Shown piece after piece: positions 1-8,741 of a stretch of DNA of 64,000 nt; within the stretch, counting starts at the first letter, position 1; every line of letters starts with the position of its first letter. Below the pieces are notes generated by a model. The model saw only the letters and a list, made by a program, of their open reading frames with translations. It made no database searches and was not told the origin of the DNA. A program made the translations under genes and the position numbers. Source of the DNA: a bacterium (GTDB lineage Bacteria > Patescibacteriota > Minisyncoccia > UBA6257 > WO2-44-18); the NCBI GenBank assembly GCA_030646995.1, contig JAUSKF010000005.1:11323-75322 (forward strand), written 5' to 3'.

Positions 1-1213
1 GGTTTCCGGTGTTGTCGAATTCCGTTTCTACGTCAAAAACGATCGTATCGGGCGTGTAGCCCTTTTTAAAAGCCGCTACGTAAGCGAAGGGTTTGATAGT
101 AGAACCCGGCTGTCGCAAGCCCTGAGCCGCGACGTTGAAATTCCCCTGCGCCTTGGTATCAAAATAATTTCTCGAGCCTACCAAGGCCAGAATTTGGCCG
201 GTGTTGGCATCCTGGGCAATCAAGGCTGCATTTTTTCCGGCGTACAACTCCTCATTCCTTTGTGCTCCCTCCTCGACGGCCTTTTCTGCCTGTTCCTGTA
301 ATTTCCAATCCAAAGAGGTAATCACTTCTAATCCGGCCGTTCGGACAAAGTCTTCACCATATTTATTATTCAGATAATCCTGGACCATAATCACGAAATG
401 AGGAGCTTTGATTGTCGTGAAGTTTGGTGAAAATTTAAATTTGAATTTTTGGGCCTTTTCTTTTTCCTCCTCGGTGATGAATCCGGACTCGACCATTTTT
501 TCCAGAACCGTATTTTTGCGCGCCAATAGTTCTTTTTCGTGGCTTCCATATGGAGAAAAATAAGAAGGCGCCTTCGGTAAACTCGCCAAAAGAGCCGCCT
601 CTGCCAGGTTCAGATCTTTGGCGTTTTTATCAAAAAAAGCTTTACTAGCCGCTTCGATGCCATAGGCATTTGATCCATAAGGAATTTGATTTAAATAAAG
701 ACTTAAAATTTCATCTTTAGTGTATTCTTTCTCAAGTTTAATAGACAAAAAAAGCTCTTTTATTTTTCTAGTGACCGTGCGGTCGTCGGTTAAGAAGGCT
801 TTTTTTACGAGCTGTTGGGTAATAGTGGAGCCGCCTTGGTCTATGCGCCCCTTGAGTAAATTTACCCCGAAGGCACGCAGGATTCCTTTCCAGTCTACTG
901 CTCCGTGGTTGTAGAAGTTGTCATCCTCGATGGAGATGGCTGCCTGCTTTGCATAGGCGGGGATCTCTTCGAATGGAATGATGGTGCGCTTCTCTTCTCC
1001 GTGTATTTCATAAAGCAATGTTTCTCCGGTACGGTCATATATCTTCGTAGATTCAGAAACCTGACGGCTGACTAGAATGTCCGTATCGGGTAAGTCTTTT
1101 ATAAGCAAAAAGAAATAAGCTAGGCCGACAAACAGCAGGCCGCCTATTACTGTCAATATATATCGGTAGTGTTTAAGAGGAAATTTGACTAAAAACTTTA
1201 AAAACTTCTTCAT
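1..1213 (-). CDS. Class A penicillin-binding protein (glycosyltransferase GT51 plus transpeptidase), 3' end outside window
   Basis: Minus-strand ORF starting at 1213 and open to window edge. Translation shows N-terminal TM helix, GT51 motif QGGSTITQQ and transpeptidase SxxK motif STIKPF. Confidence 0.8.
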   Translation of the reverse strand, partial: MKKFLKFLVKFPLKHYRYILTVIGGLLFVGLAYFFLLIKDLPDTDILVSRQVSESTKIYDRTGETLLYEIHGEEKRTIIPFEEIPAYAKQAAISIEDDNFYNHGAVDWKGILRAFGVNLLKGRIDQGGSTITQQLVKKAFLTDDRTVTRKIKELFLSIKLEKEYTKDEILSLYLNQIPYGSNAYGIEAASKAFFDKNAKDLNLAEAALLASLPKAPSYFSPYGSHEKELLARKNTVLEKMVESGFITEEEKEKAQKFKFKFSPNFTTIKAPHFVIMVQDYLNNKYGEDFVRTAGLEVITSLDWKLQEQAEKAVEEGAQRNEELYAGKNAALIAQDANTGQILALVGSRNYFDTKAQGNFNVAAQGLRQPGSTIKPFAYVAAFKKGYTPDTIVFDVETEFDNTGN

Positions 1214-1286
1214 ACTAGAGTATTTGAGCATTGCCTATATTATAACGTAAAACCCCCGAGTTCAACTCGAGGGCTTTACGTTAGGT

Positions 1287-1490
1287 TTAGAATTCGTCTT
1301 CTTTGGACAATTCTTCTTCCTTAAGCTTTTCCACACTTTCCGTTTTCTCTTCTCCTTCTTCGTCGTCATCAACTAACAAATCGTCTTTATCTCCATCGGC
1401 ATCGGCATCCTCTTCTTCATCCATCGGGTCGAGATCGTCCCCGGCCATATTTAAAAGATATTTTTCCTCTTCCATTGTTGATTTTTTCAT
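1287..1490 (-). CDS. Small highly acidic protein (D/E-rich), function unknown
   Basis: 67-aa ORF co-oriented between ruvC and the PBP gene. Long Asp/Glu runs. Imperfect hairpin downstream (approx 1252-1275). Confidence 0.35.
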   Translation of the reverse strand: MKKSTMEEEKYLLNMAGDDLDPMDEEEDADADGDKDDLLVDDDEEGEEKTESVEKLKEEELSKEDEF

Positions 1491-1544
1491 AGAGCGACCT
1501 TTGATATTTTTTTTACTAAATAATAAAAAAGATTATATATCGGT

Positions 1545-2033
1545 TTATTTTGCTGTCAACCCCCGCTCCAGCTTTTGATGACTGGCGGCAGTCAGGGCGA
1601 TGGCGATAGCATCTACCGCATCATCATAGCCTTTTAGCTCCGGTATTTTTAATATACTTTTCACCATTTTAGCCACACCCTGTTTGTCTATGAGGCCATT
1701 GCCGGCGACATTTGATTTAACTTCAGTCGGGCCATACTCAACAATCGGGATGTTTTTTGCTATTAAAGCCGCCAGTAATACTCCACGGGCCTGCGCTACT
1801 GCCATAGCGGTTTTTTGATTTTTAGCAAAGAAGATTTTTTCAATCGCCGCCAATTCCGGATTTGAGTCTTTGAGTAGTTTTTCGAATTTTTTTGAAAAAT
1901 TGGCTATTTTTTCTGTAAGAGTTTTTTCTCGGGCCTCGATTACTCCATAGTCAATCAGGCGAAGTCCGCCGGCCGTTTCGATCAAGCCGAACCCGATTCT
2001 GGAAGTTCCCGGGTCTATTCCTAATATGCGCAT
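1545..2033 (-). CDS. ruvC: Holliday junction resolvase RuvC
   Basis: N-terminal MRILGIDPGTSRIGFGL signature and typical length of 162 aa. Confidence 0.9.
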   Translation of the reverse strand: MRILGIDPGTSRIGFGLIETAGGLRLIDYGVIEAREKTLTEKIANFSKKFEKLLKDSNPELAAIEKIFFAKNQKTAMAVAQARGVLLAALIAKNIPIVEYGPTEVKSNVAGNGLIDKQGVAKMVKSILKIPELKGYDDAVDAIAIALTAASHQKLERGLTAK

Positions 2034-2043
2034 TAGTTTTTAA

Positions 2044-2580
2044 CTATAGCTGTTCGTTGGTCATAACGTTTTGAACGTCGTTATGTTCTCCGAGCGCTTC
2101 TTTAATAGATAGCAGTTTTGTTTTTCCCTCCGGAGTCATGGCTTGGGTGAATTTCGCCTTCCATTCTCCGTTTCCGCCAGCTGGCGGATCAAACGACCAC
2201 ATCACGCTTCCTTGGGTAGCCATTTTCGCTCCCTTCTCGTCGAGTAGGTGGCGGATTTCTGAAACAGTTCGATTGCTGTTATCGGTAATCGCCTCGATGA
2301 TTATTCCGACTCCTTCCGGACCATAAGCTTCAATTGTTACCTCGGTGAGATCTTTAGCCTCCGATGCTTTATTAATTGCTCTGTTGATATTGTCTAATGG
2401 CACATTTCCGGCTCTGGCTCGCTCAATAGCAGAACGAAGTTTGAGGTTGGTATCCGGATTCGGATCTAATTTAGCGTGCAGAGCAATCACTGCTAGCAGT
2501 TTAGAGTAGGAAAGACTTCTCTTCGCGTCTTGCTCCCCCTTTCTATCTTTTATCTGACTCCATTTATTATGGCCGGACAT
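2044..2580 (-). CDS. yebC: YebC/PmpR family transcriptional regulator (DUF28)
   Basis: MSGHNKWSQIKDRK N-terminus, 178 aa, conserved position upstream of ruvC. Confidence 0.85.
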   Translation of the reverse strand: MSGHNKWSQIKDRKGEQDAKRSLSYSKLLAVIALHAKLDPNPDTNLKLRSAIERARAGNVPLDNINRAINKASEAKDLTEVTIEAYGPEGVGIIIEAITDNSNRTVSEIRHLLDEKGAKMATQGSVMWSFDPPAGGNGEWKAKFTQAMTPEGKTKLLSIKEALGEHNDVQNVMTNEQL

Positions 2581-2623
2581 GTCTTGATTCTAAAGATTAG
2601 CAGCCCGTTGGGCAAGGTTAAAG

Positions 2624-2680
2624 TAATCCTACGCTACGCCCGGTGCCAAAATATTTTGGCACCGGGCTACGCTCAGGATT
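2624..2680. repeat. Palindromic repeat element copy 1. Core is a 30-bp perfect palindrome GCCCGGTGCCAAAATATTTTGGCACCGGGC with conserved flanks.
   Basis: Seen directly. Near-identical inverted copy at 36240-36296. Confidence 0.6.
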
Positions 2681-2726
2681 GCTACTGCTAACCAAATTTT
2701 CTGCTTCTTTGAATTGAAAATTTGGA

Positions 2727-2770
2727 GCAGTAGGTAAAAAAAGCCCCACGCTTTCGCGTGGGGGGCTGTG
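2727..2770. terminator. Bidirectional intrinsic terminator (A-run, GC hairpin AGCCCCACGC-TTTC-GCGTGGGGGGCT, T-run)
   Basis: Hairpin flanked by A-run and T-run, immediately downstream of the minus-strand gene ending at 2778. Confidence 0.55.
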
Positions 2771-2777
2771 TTTTCTG

Positions 2778-3284
2778 TTAGGTCGGGATCGGCCCTTCGG
2801 AGCGTACCCTCGGAACGCTCGAGGCCCTGGTAGGCAGAGCAGTGGGAGCGATTGGTATCTCCACTAGTTCTGCAATCAGCACTCCCAAGCTCTGTTGGGC
2901 CTGAACGTCTGGCTGACGTACCGCCGGTGGCCGGGTGGCGAACTTCGACGTCTCTCGCTCGCCGGGTTTCTTCGAATCGGACTCGGAGATTTTCTTTGGC
3001 TCGAACTTCTGACTCGGCCGTTCGATGTGACTCCCCACGAAAGAAAAGGCAATCGTGATGGTCACATCTACCCGAGATTTTTCCGGGTTGTAGCACTGAC
3101 TCTGTGCGAGGGAGAGGATCCGGAATCCATCCTTTTTCGTGACCTCGCCGGCCATGAACTGTTCCATAGCGTCCTGAATCGTACCAGAGAGCTGACTCTT
3201 CACGATACTCGCTCCCTTTCCGGAAATGGCCAACTCCGAGATGCCGACCAACGTGACGATGTCGTGAACGATGACGTCTTGCAT
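2778..3284 (-). CDS. Hypothetical protein in a G+C-rich island. The N-terminal ~85 aa may adopt an Asp23/Gls24-like fold and the C-terminal half is low-complexity P/S/A/R-rich.
   Basis: Strong SD (AAGGAG 7 nt before ATG) and terminator downstream. Visibly higher G+C than neighbours. An overlapping alternative-frame ORF 2629..3096 was judged spurious. Confidence 0.4.
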   Translation of the reverse strand: MQDVIVHDIVTLVGISELAISGKGASIVKSQLSGTIQDAMEQFMAGEVTKKDGFRILSLAQSQCYNPEKSRVDVTITIAFSFVGSHIERPSQKFEPKKISESDSKKPGERETSKFATRPPAVRQPDVQAQQSLGVLIAELVEIPIAPTALPTRASSVPRVRSEGPIPT

Positions 3285-3403
3285 AAGCTACTCCTTGACT
3301 GGGGGGGGGTGTTTTTTCCGGAAGCGTTGTGCTTCCGGAAGATGGCCGAGGTGGGAGTTGAACTTGCTTACCGCAGGCAGGCCCACAAAGGCTTAAGTCT
3401 CCG

Positions 3404-3895
3404 TCATTTTCTTGCCTGCAAGTCGCGGGTATTAATCACCCACGTCTCACAGTCCGCCTGGTATTTTTCCAGAGAGAATGAAGATTCGGTCACACCGATC
3501 ATTTTGTCGTCGACGTCGTACGCCTTAACGACCGCACAGTATTCTTTCCGGTTATCCGAAAAATTGCGGGCACTGAAGGAAAAATCCTGTCCCGGAAGCA
3601 CGTAGACATAATCTCCAGCTTCATTCTTTCTGTTGATGATTTTTCCGTTCAACAGAATGACGAAGCGGGCGTCTGCCGTGTTGTTCACGACGGTCCAATT
3701 GGTGGCCGTCGCCGAGAAGATTGACCATCCACCAATCTTTCCGGTGATGGTTCCACAGCCACACAAAAAGTAGGGCACAATCATCAGTAGAACCGAGAGA
3801 ATCTTTCCCACGTGACACCTCTTAAAATTGGGTTGTTTTTGCCTCTTTTTCAAAGACCTAATAACTGCGTTAATATAGCATATATTAACCGGCAT
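3404..3895 (-). CDS. Hypothetical lipoprotein/secreted protein (hydrophobic leader then ...FLCGCG lipobox-like Cys)
   Basis: Signal-peptide-like segment LSVLLMIVPYFLCGCG. The true start is probably an internal Met or GTG downstream of the annotated 3895. Confidence 0.4.
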   Translation of the reverse strand: MPVNICYINAVIRSLKKRQKQPNFKRCHVGKILSVLLMIVPYFLCGCGTITGKIGGWSIFSATATNWTVVNNTADARFVILLNGKIINRKNEAGDYVYVLPGQDFSFSARNFSDNRKEYCAVVKAYDVDDKMIGVTESSFSLEKYQADCETWVINTRDLQARK

Positions 3896-3954
3896 GTCAA
3901 TAAGGGCAGAACCCCTAGTTTACAGGGACTTATTTTGAGAATATTCTGAAATTA

Positions 3955-5628
3955 ATGGTGGAGGCGTTAAAAACTTTGGATGAACAGCTTTTAAAAATAC
4001 GGCGGGAAGCCGAAGAAAGAGACGCGCAAAATCGGGCCTCATCTGTGGGGTTGCCATATCTTAATTTAGCCACCGCTCCCGTACAAATAGACGCCCTTAA
4101 AATAGTTAAAGAAGAAGAGGCGCGCCGCTTATTAGTGGCCCCTTTTCAATTAAAAGAGGGAGAGGTGGCTTTGGCGGTTTTTGACCCGAAGGCGGCAGGA
4201 GTGGCGGATTTATTAAAAAGACTGGAGGATGCCGGCAGGAAGGCGAAGCTGTTTTTGGCATCAGCGAGCGGGTTGAATCACGTTTGGAGTTTTTATAAAT
4301 TTCTTCCTCCGGAAACTGATGAAATTACCGGCAAAGTTGCTATTGAGGCGAGTAGGGTTGCCGAACTGAAGCAGAAATTGACCGACCTTGAAAAGATTAA
4401 AACAGAGATTGCGACTTTTGATTTTAAAACTTTTCCGACCGGGCTCATTTTGGAAGTAGTGCTCGCCGGAGCTCTAAATAACCGAGTCTCTGATATTCAC
4501 TTTGAGTCCGAAGAGAAGGGGGTGCGCCTCCGTTTCCGAATCGACGGACTTTTGCATGATGTCATCCCGGATCTCCCCACCAGCATTTACAAATTTTTAG
4601 TTTCCCGAATTAAACTGCTTTCCAATTTAAAACTTAACGTGACGAATACTCCGCAAGACGGCCGCTTTACTATCGGGTTAGAAAGCGTGGATGTTGAAAT
4701 GCGTGTTTCCATTATTCCTTCAGAATTTGGCGAAACGATTGTAATGCGTATTTTAGACCCTTCGGCCATCAGGCTTACGCTCGCTCAATTGGGTTTGCGT
4801 AAAGATGATTTGGTAATCATTCAGGAAGAGTTAAAGAAACCCAATGGAATGGTGCTTAATACCGGACCGACCGGTTCAGGCAAAACCACGACTCTCTACG
4901 CCTTCTTGCTTAGCAAGCTTTCCAGCGGGACAAAGATGATTACTATCGAAGATCCTATCGAATACCACCTGCAGGGAGTGGAACAGACCCAAGTGGACGC
5001 GGACGCCGGTTATGACTTCGCCTCCGGCTTGCGCTCCATTATGCGCCAAGACCCGGACGTCATTTTAGTTGGTGAGGTGCGCGACAAAGAAACCGGTGAC
5101 ATTGCCGTCCAAGCCGCTCTGACCGGTCACTTAGTTTTCTCGACTCTGCATGCCAACTCTGCCGCCGGCGCCATCCCTCGGTTTCTAGATCTTGGCGTAA
5201 AAACAGCCAGCTTAGGCCCTGCTCTGTCCTTAGTAATCGCTCAACGGTTAGTCCGGCAGCTTTGTGAGTTCTGTAAGATAGCGGAAAAACCATCTGCCGA
5301 AATAGAGAGCAAACTAAAGCACTTTTTTACGTCCTTGCCGAAAAGAGTAGATAGGAAGGACTACGAAAAAATAAAGATATTTAAACCGAAAGGCTGCCTG
5401 AAGTGTGTAGGAATCGGCTATAAAGGCCGCGTGGCGGTCATGGAGTTGCTTTTGGTGGACGAGGGCTTGGAGGAAATAATCAATCCGGAGATCGGCGAGG
5501 CCGCAATCCAGCATTACGCAATCAAACAGGGAATGGTAACAATGCAACAGGATGGAGTTCTAAAAACTATCTCTGGAATCACGACTTTCGATGAAGTGGA
5601 GGGTGTTACCGGACCGATTAAGTGGTAG
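3955..5628 (+). CDS. pilB: Type IV pilus assembly / type II secretion ATPase (PilB/GspE family)
   Basis: Walker A GPTGSGKTTT, Asp-box, His-box and C-terminal CxxC zinc-binding motif. 557 aa. Confidence 0.85.
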   Translation: MVEALKTLDEQLLKIRREAEERDAQNRASSVGLPYLNLATAPVQIDALKIVKEEEARRLLVAPFQLKEGEVALAVFDPKAAGVADLLKRLEDAGRKAKLFLASASGLNHVWSFYKFLPPETDEITGKVAIEASRVAELKQKLTDLEKIKTEIATFDFKTFPTGLILEVVLAGALNNRVSDIHFESEEKGVRLRFRIDGLLHDVIPDLPTSIYKFLVSRIKLLSNLKLNVTNTPQDGRFTIGLESVDVEMRVSIIPSEFGETIVMRILDPSAIRLTLAQLGLRKDDLVIIQEELKKPNGMVLNTGPTGSGKTTTLYAFLLSKLSSGTKMITIEDPIEYHLQGVEQTQVDADAGYDFASGLRSIMRQDPDVILVGEVRDKETGDIAVQAALTGHLVFSTLHANSAAGAIPRFLDLGVKTASLGPALSLVIAQRLVRQLCEFCKIAEKPSAEIESKLKHFFTSLPKRVDRKDYEKIKIFKPKGCLKCVGIGYKGRVAVMELLLVDEGLEEIINPEIGEAAIQHYAIKQGMVTMQQDGVLKTISGITTFDEVEGVTGPIKW

Positions 5629-5934
5629 CGCGCATATTAACAAAAACCAGCGGCTATTCCGCTGGTTAATGAGTTGAAGACATTGATCTGTGGGCAAATC
5701 CCGAGGTAAGTCGGGAGATATATAAAGGCTTTTCTGAATAAATTCAGGAAAGGTTAGAATCCTCTCGAGGAGAAGTTCAGCCGAAGCCAAACCATCCAAT
5801 ATGCTAAAGAAAATTCCCGCCCACAGATCAATATTTTCAACTCCAGCCATTCTAGCACAAAGAAATCCGTTTGTCAATGGCTTAGTAGCGTACAGGGAGA
5901 AATAGTATAATATAGTAGAAATTGGTCAAGCCCT

Positions 5935-6933
5935 ATGGAAAACAAATTGCCGACTGAAGAATTTACAGTTGATTCTATTTTACGCCCGACCAGCTGGGGG
6001 GATTATGTTGGGCAGGAAAAAACGAAGCAAAACTTAAGAATTATCCTTGAGGCCGCTAAAAAACGCGACGAAGCCTGCGACCACCTTCTTTTTTATGGGC
6101 AGGCCGGACTAGGGAAAACCACGCTGGCGCATCTGGTTGCGAAAGAGTTGGGAGCGAATATAAAAATCACCTCCGGGCCGGCTTTGGAGAAAATGGGAGA
6201 CTTGGCGGCCGTGCTTACTAACCTCGAAAGGAACGATGTTCTATTTATCGATGAAGCGCATCGGCTGAATAAATCTATTGAGGAGGTTTTGTATCCGGCG
6301 ATGGAGGCCCGCAAGCTTCATTTAATAGTCGGTAAAGGGCCGGCCGCGAGGATGCTTAGTTTGGACCTTCCTCCGTTCACTTTGATTGCCGCTACCACCA
6401 GACCTAGTCTGCTTTCGGGGCCTCTCCGCTCCCGTTTCGGCGCGTCCTTCAAGTTGGACTATTACGAAATGCCGGATATAGAAGAAATTATTAAACGTTC
6501 GGCAAAGGTTCTGAATTTGAATATCGATGCGGAGGCGGTTCGGATGATTGCCGTTGCTTCTCGTTTCACCCCACGCGTAGCCAATCGGTTATTGAAGCGT
6601 GTCCGGGATTATTCCGAAGTGCACTCCGTGCCGGTGATCGATAAGGAGGTAGCAAAGAAAACTTTAAATATGCTGGAGATTGATGAACTGGGCTTGGAGC
6701 CGCAAGACCGCCGTCTTTTGGAAACAATTATCAAAAAATTCAATGGCGGTCCCGTTGGCGCGGCAACTTTGGCGGCGGCTCTTAATGATGACCGCGGCAA
6801 CGTAGAAGATGTTTACGAGCCTTACTTAATGAGTGTGGGATTATTGGCGCGCACTCCCGCTGGCCGCGTAGTCACCGCCGAGGCCTATAAGCATTTGGGT
6901 ATTTCTGTGCCGGCTTCTTTACTTGAGTCATGA
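5935..6933 (+). CDS. ruvB: Holliday junction branch migration ATPase RuvB
   Basis: GQEKTKQNLRIILEAAKKR..LLFYGQAGLGKTTLA Walker A, 332 aa. TATAAT-like -10 roughly 20 bp upstream. Confidence 0.95.
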   Translation: MENKLPTEEFTVDSILRPTSWGDYVGQEKTKQNLRIILEAAKKRDEACDHLLFYGQAGLGKTTLAHLVAKELGANIKITSGPALEKMGDLAAVLTNLERNDVLFIDEAHRLNKSIEEVLYPAMEARKLHLIVGKGPAARMLSLDLPPFTLIAATTRPSLLSGPLRSRFGASFKLDYYEMPDIEEIIKRSAKVLNLNIDAEAVRMIAVASRFTPRVANRLLKRVRDYSEVHSVPVIDKEVAKKTLNMLEIDELGLEPQDRRLLETIIKKFNGGPVGAATLAAALNDDRGNVEDVYEPYLMSVGLLARTPAGRVVTAEAYKHLGISVPASLLES

Positions 6934-7382
6934 GAATTGTTTCTAAAAAATTATCCGACACTCATCAGCTGGCCGAGAAGATTGCTAAGGATATATTGAA
7001 ATCTGGCCCGCACAAAGACCATGCTCGCGTGGTGGCATTAGTTGGAGATTTGGGCGCGGGTAAGACGGCCTTCGCGCAGGGATTTGCTAAGGCGCTCGGT
7101 ATCAAACGGCGCTTACCTAGTCCGACGTTTTTAATTTTCCGGAAATACCCGTTAGAAGTTGTTGGTTATAAGTTTCTATATCACGTTGATGTTTACCGAT
7201 TGTCTGACGCAGGAGAGTTGGATGTATTGGATTTCGATAAGATTTTAGCCGACCCGACTAATATTGTGTTGGTGGAGTGGGCCGACAAGATAAAAAATAT
7301 CTTGCCGAGAGATTCCGTTTGGGTTTATTTCGTTCACGGCAAGAAAGAGAACGAAAGAACGATTGCAATAAGAAATAAATAG
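6930..7382 (+). CDS. tsaE: tRNA threonylcarbamoyladenosine biosynthesis protein TsaE
   Basis: VALVGDLGAGKTAFAQGF P-loop typical of YjeE/TsaE. 150 aa. ATGA overlap with ruvB. Confidence 0.75.
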   Translation: MRIVSKKLSDTHQLAEKIAKDILKSGPHKDHARVVALVGDLGAGKTAFAQGFAKALGIKRRLPSPTFLIFRKYPLEVVGYKFLYHVDVYRLSDAGELDVLDFDKILADPTNIVLVEWADKIKNILPRDSVWVYFVHGKKENERTIAIRNK

Positions 7383-7404
7383 TTATAACCTCGAATTAGT
7401 TCTA

Positions 7405-7833
7405 GTGAGCGCGACTCCTATGCTAGCCATCGTCGTCCTTGGGCTAGCGCTGATCGCGCTATGCCTAGTACTCATCTTTTTGACGTTCGTTGGTGGAAGC
7501 TCCCGAGTGCTTTTTGAGGGGGTGCTGGACTTCGTTGAGACAGAGGACCTTTTTGGAAAGAATCCGCGGACCCGTTACTTTTTTTCGACGTATTTTGCCG
7601 AACCTTTGCGTAGTGATGGGCGGCTACTGGCGGCAACGTACTCCTGTGTCCTGCCCCTGGGGATTCAGAACGACTCCGGCGCTTACATTCCGAGAGAAGG
7701 CCATAATATCAAGATCTTGGTTCGTTGGAATATTTTTGGGGAGCCGACGAGTTTTAAAATAGAACGGTTGCCGGATCTCAACCCGGACGATTTGTATCAG
7801 CTATCGCAATCGATAGATGCCGGCCTTGATTAA
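7405..7833 (+). CDS. Hypothetical membrane-anchored protein
   Basis: N-terminal TM helix and moderately elevated G+C. No recognisable motif. Confidence 0.35.
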   Translation: MSATPMLAIVVLGLALIALCLVLIFLTFVGGSSRVLFEGVLDFVETEDLFGKNPRTRYFFSTYFAEPLRSDGRLLAATYSCVLPLGIQNDSGAYIPREGHNIKILVRWNIFGEPTSFKIERLPDLNPDDLYQLSQSIDAGLD

Positions 7834-7874
7834 AGGTCGGCATTTCTTTGTGTTTTCGGTTATAATTTAACCAA

Positions 7875-8741
7875 ATGAAAACCCTTCTTCTTATTGATTC
7901 CAACGCGCTCATACATCGATTTTTTCACGCCCTCCCGCCGTTCACCGCACCGGACGGTTCACCGACTAATGCAGTCTATGGCTTGTCTAATACTCTTTTC
8001 AAAATTATCACCGAGCAGAAGCCGGATTATATCGCCGCATCTCTAGATACCCCAGAGCCGACTTTCCGCGATAAGGAGTATGCCGAATACAAAGCCGGGC
8101 GAGCCGAGACTTCTTCTGATTTAATCCCGCAGTTAAAAAAGGCGCCCTTGGTTTATGAAGTTTTTGGCGTCCGCTCTTTTGCCATCCCCGGTTTTGAGGC
8201 CGACGACTTAATCGGTTCGTTTGTAGAAATGTTTAAAGACGAGCCCGATTTAAAAATTGTGATTCTTTCCGGCGATCGTGACGTGCTTCAGCTGGTGGAA
8301 GGCGAGAAAGTTGTTGGTCAGCTTTTCAAAACAGGAATTACCGAAACCGTTATCTACGACGAAAAAGCGGTCATAGAAAAATTCGGTATCGGACCCAAGC
8401 AGTTGCCGGACTATAAGGGATTTGTGGGGGATCAATCCGATAATATCAAAGGCGTCGCGGGAGTGGGCCCGAAGACAGCGGAAATTTTGTTGAAAGAATT
8501 TAAAACCATTGAAGAGGTTTATGAAAACATTTCTATTATCACTCCTAAAATCGCAAAAAAAATTGAAGGCAAAAAAGAGGAAGCCATATTCTCCCGCCGC
8601 CTAGCGACTATCCGTCGCGACGCCCCTGTTGGCGTGAGCGACTTGGAATCTTTAAAAGTTCCCGCTTTGGATAAAGTAAAGCTAAAAACCTTTTTCCAGT
8701 CACTTGGGTTTAAAAGTCTTATTGAGAAGCTAGAAAAATGA
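7875..8741 (+). CDS. 5'-3' exonuclease (FEN-like, DNA polymerase I N-terminal domain) as a stand-alone protein
   Basis: Matches Pol I 5' nuclease domain (LLLIDSNALIHRFFHA..., GFEADDLIG, H3TH region). Stop overlaps the start of the next gene (ATGA). Confidence 0.85.
   Translation: MKTLLLIDSNALIHRFFHALPPFTAPDGSPTNAVYGLSNTLFKIITEQKPDYIAASLDTPEPTFRDKEYAEYKAGRAETSSDLIPQLKKAPLVYEVFGVRSFAIPGFEADDLIGSFVEMFKDEPDLKIVILSGDRDVLQLVEGEKVVGQLFKTGITETVIYDEKAVIEKFGIGPKQLPDYKGFVGDQSDNIKGVAGVGPKTAEILLKEFKTIEEVYENISIITPKIAKKIEGKKEEAIFSRRLATIRRDAPVGVSDLESLKVPALDKVKLKTFFQSLGFKSLIEKLEK

Noticed and set aside
1303-1578. 91-aa plus-strand ORF rich in Ser (MDNSSSLSFSTLS...)
   Set aside because: Antisense shadow of the acidic-protein gene on the minus strand. 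Low-complexity translation of a GA-rich strand, no SD.
2629-3605. Several overlapping ORFs (2629..3096 -, 2852..3058 +, 2895..3605 +) in the G+C-rich block
   Set aside because: High G+C inflates random ORF length. Only 2778..3284 (-) has an SD and a downstream terminator. The others overlap it out of frame or antisense.
5560-5877. 105-aa minus-strand ORF overlapping the 3' end of pilB
   Set aside because: Overlaps pilB and the ruvB promoter region. No SD. The region is better explained as structured non-coding DNA (inverted repeat).
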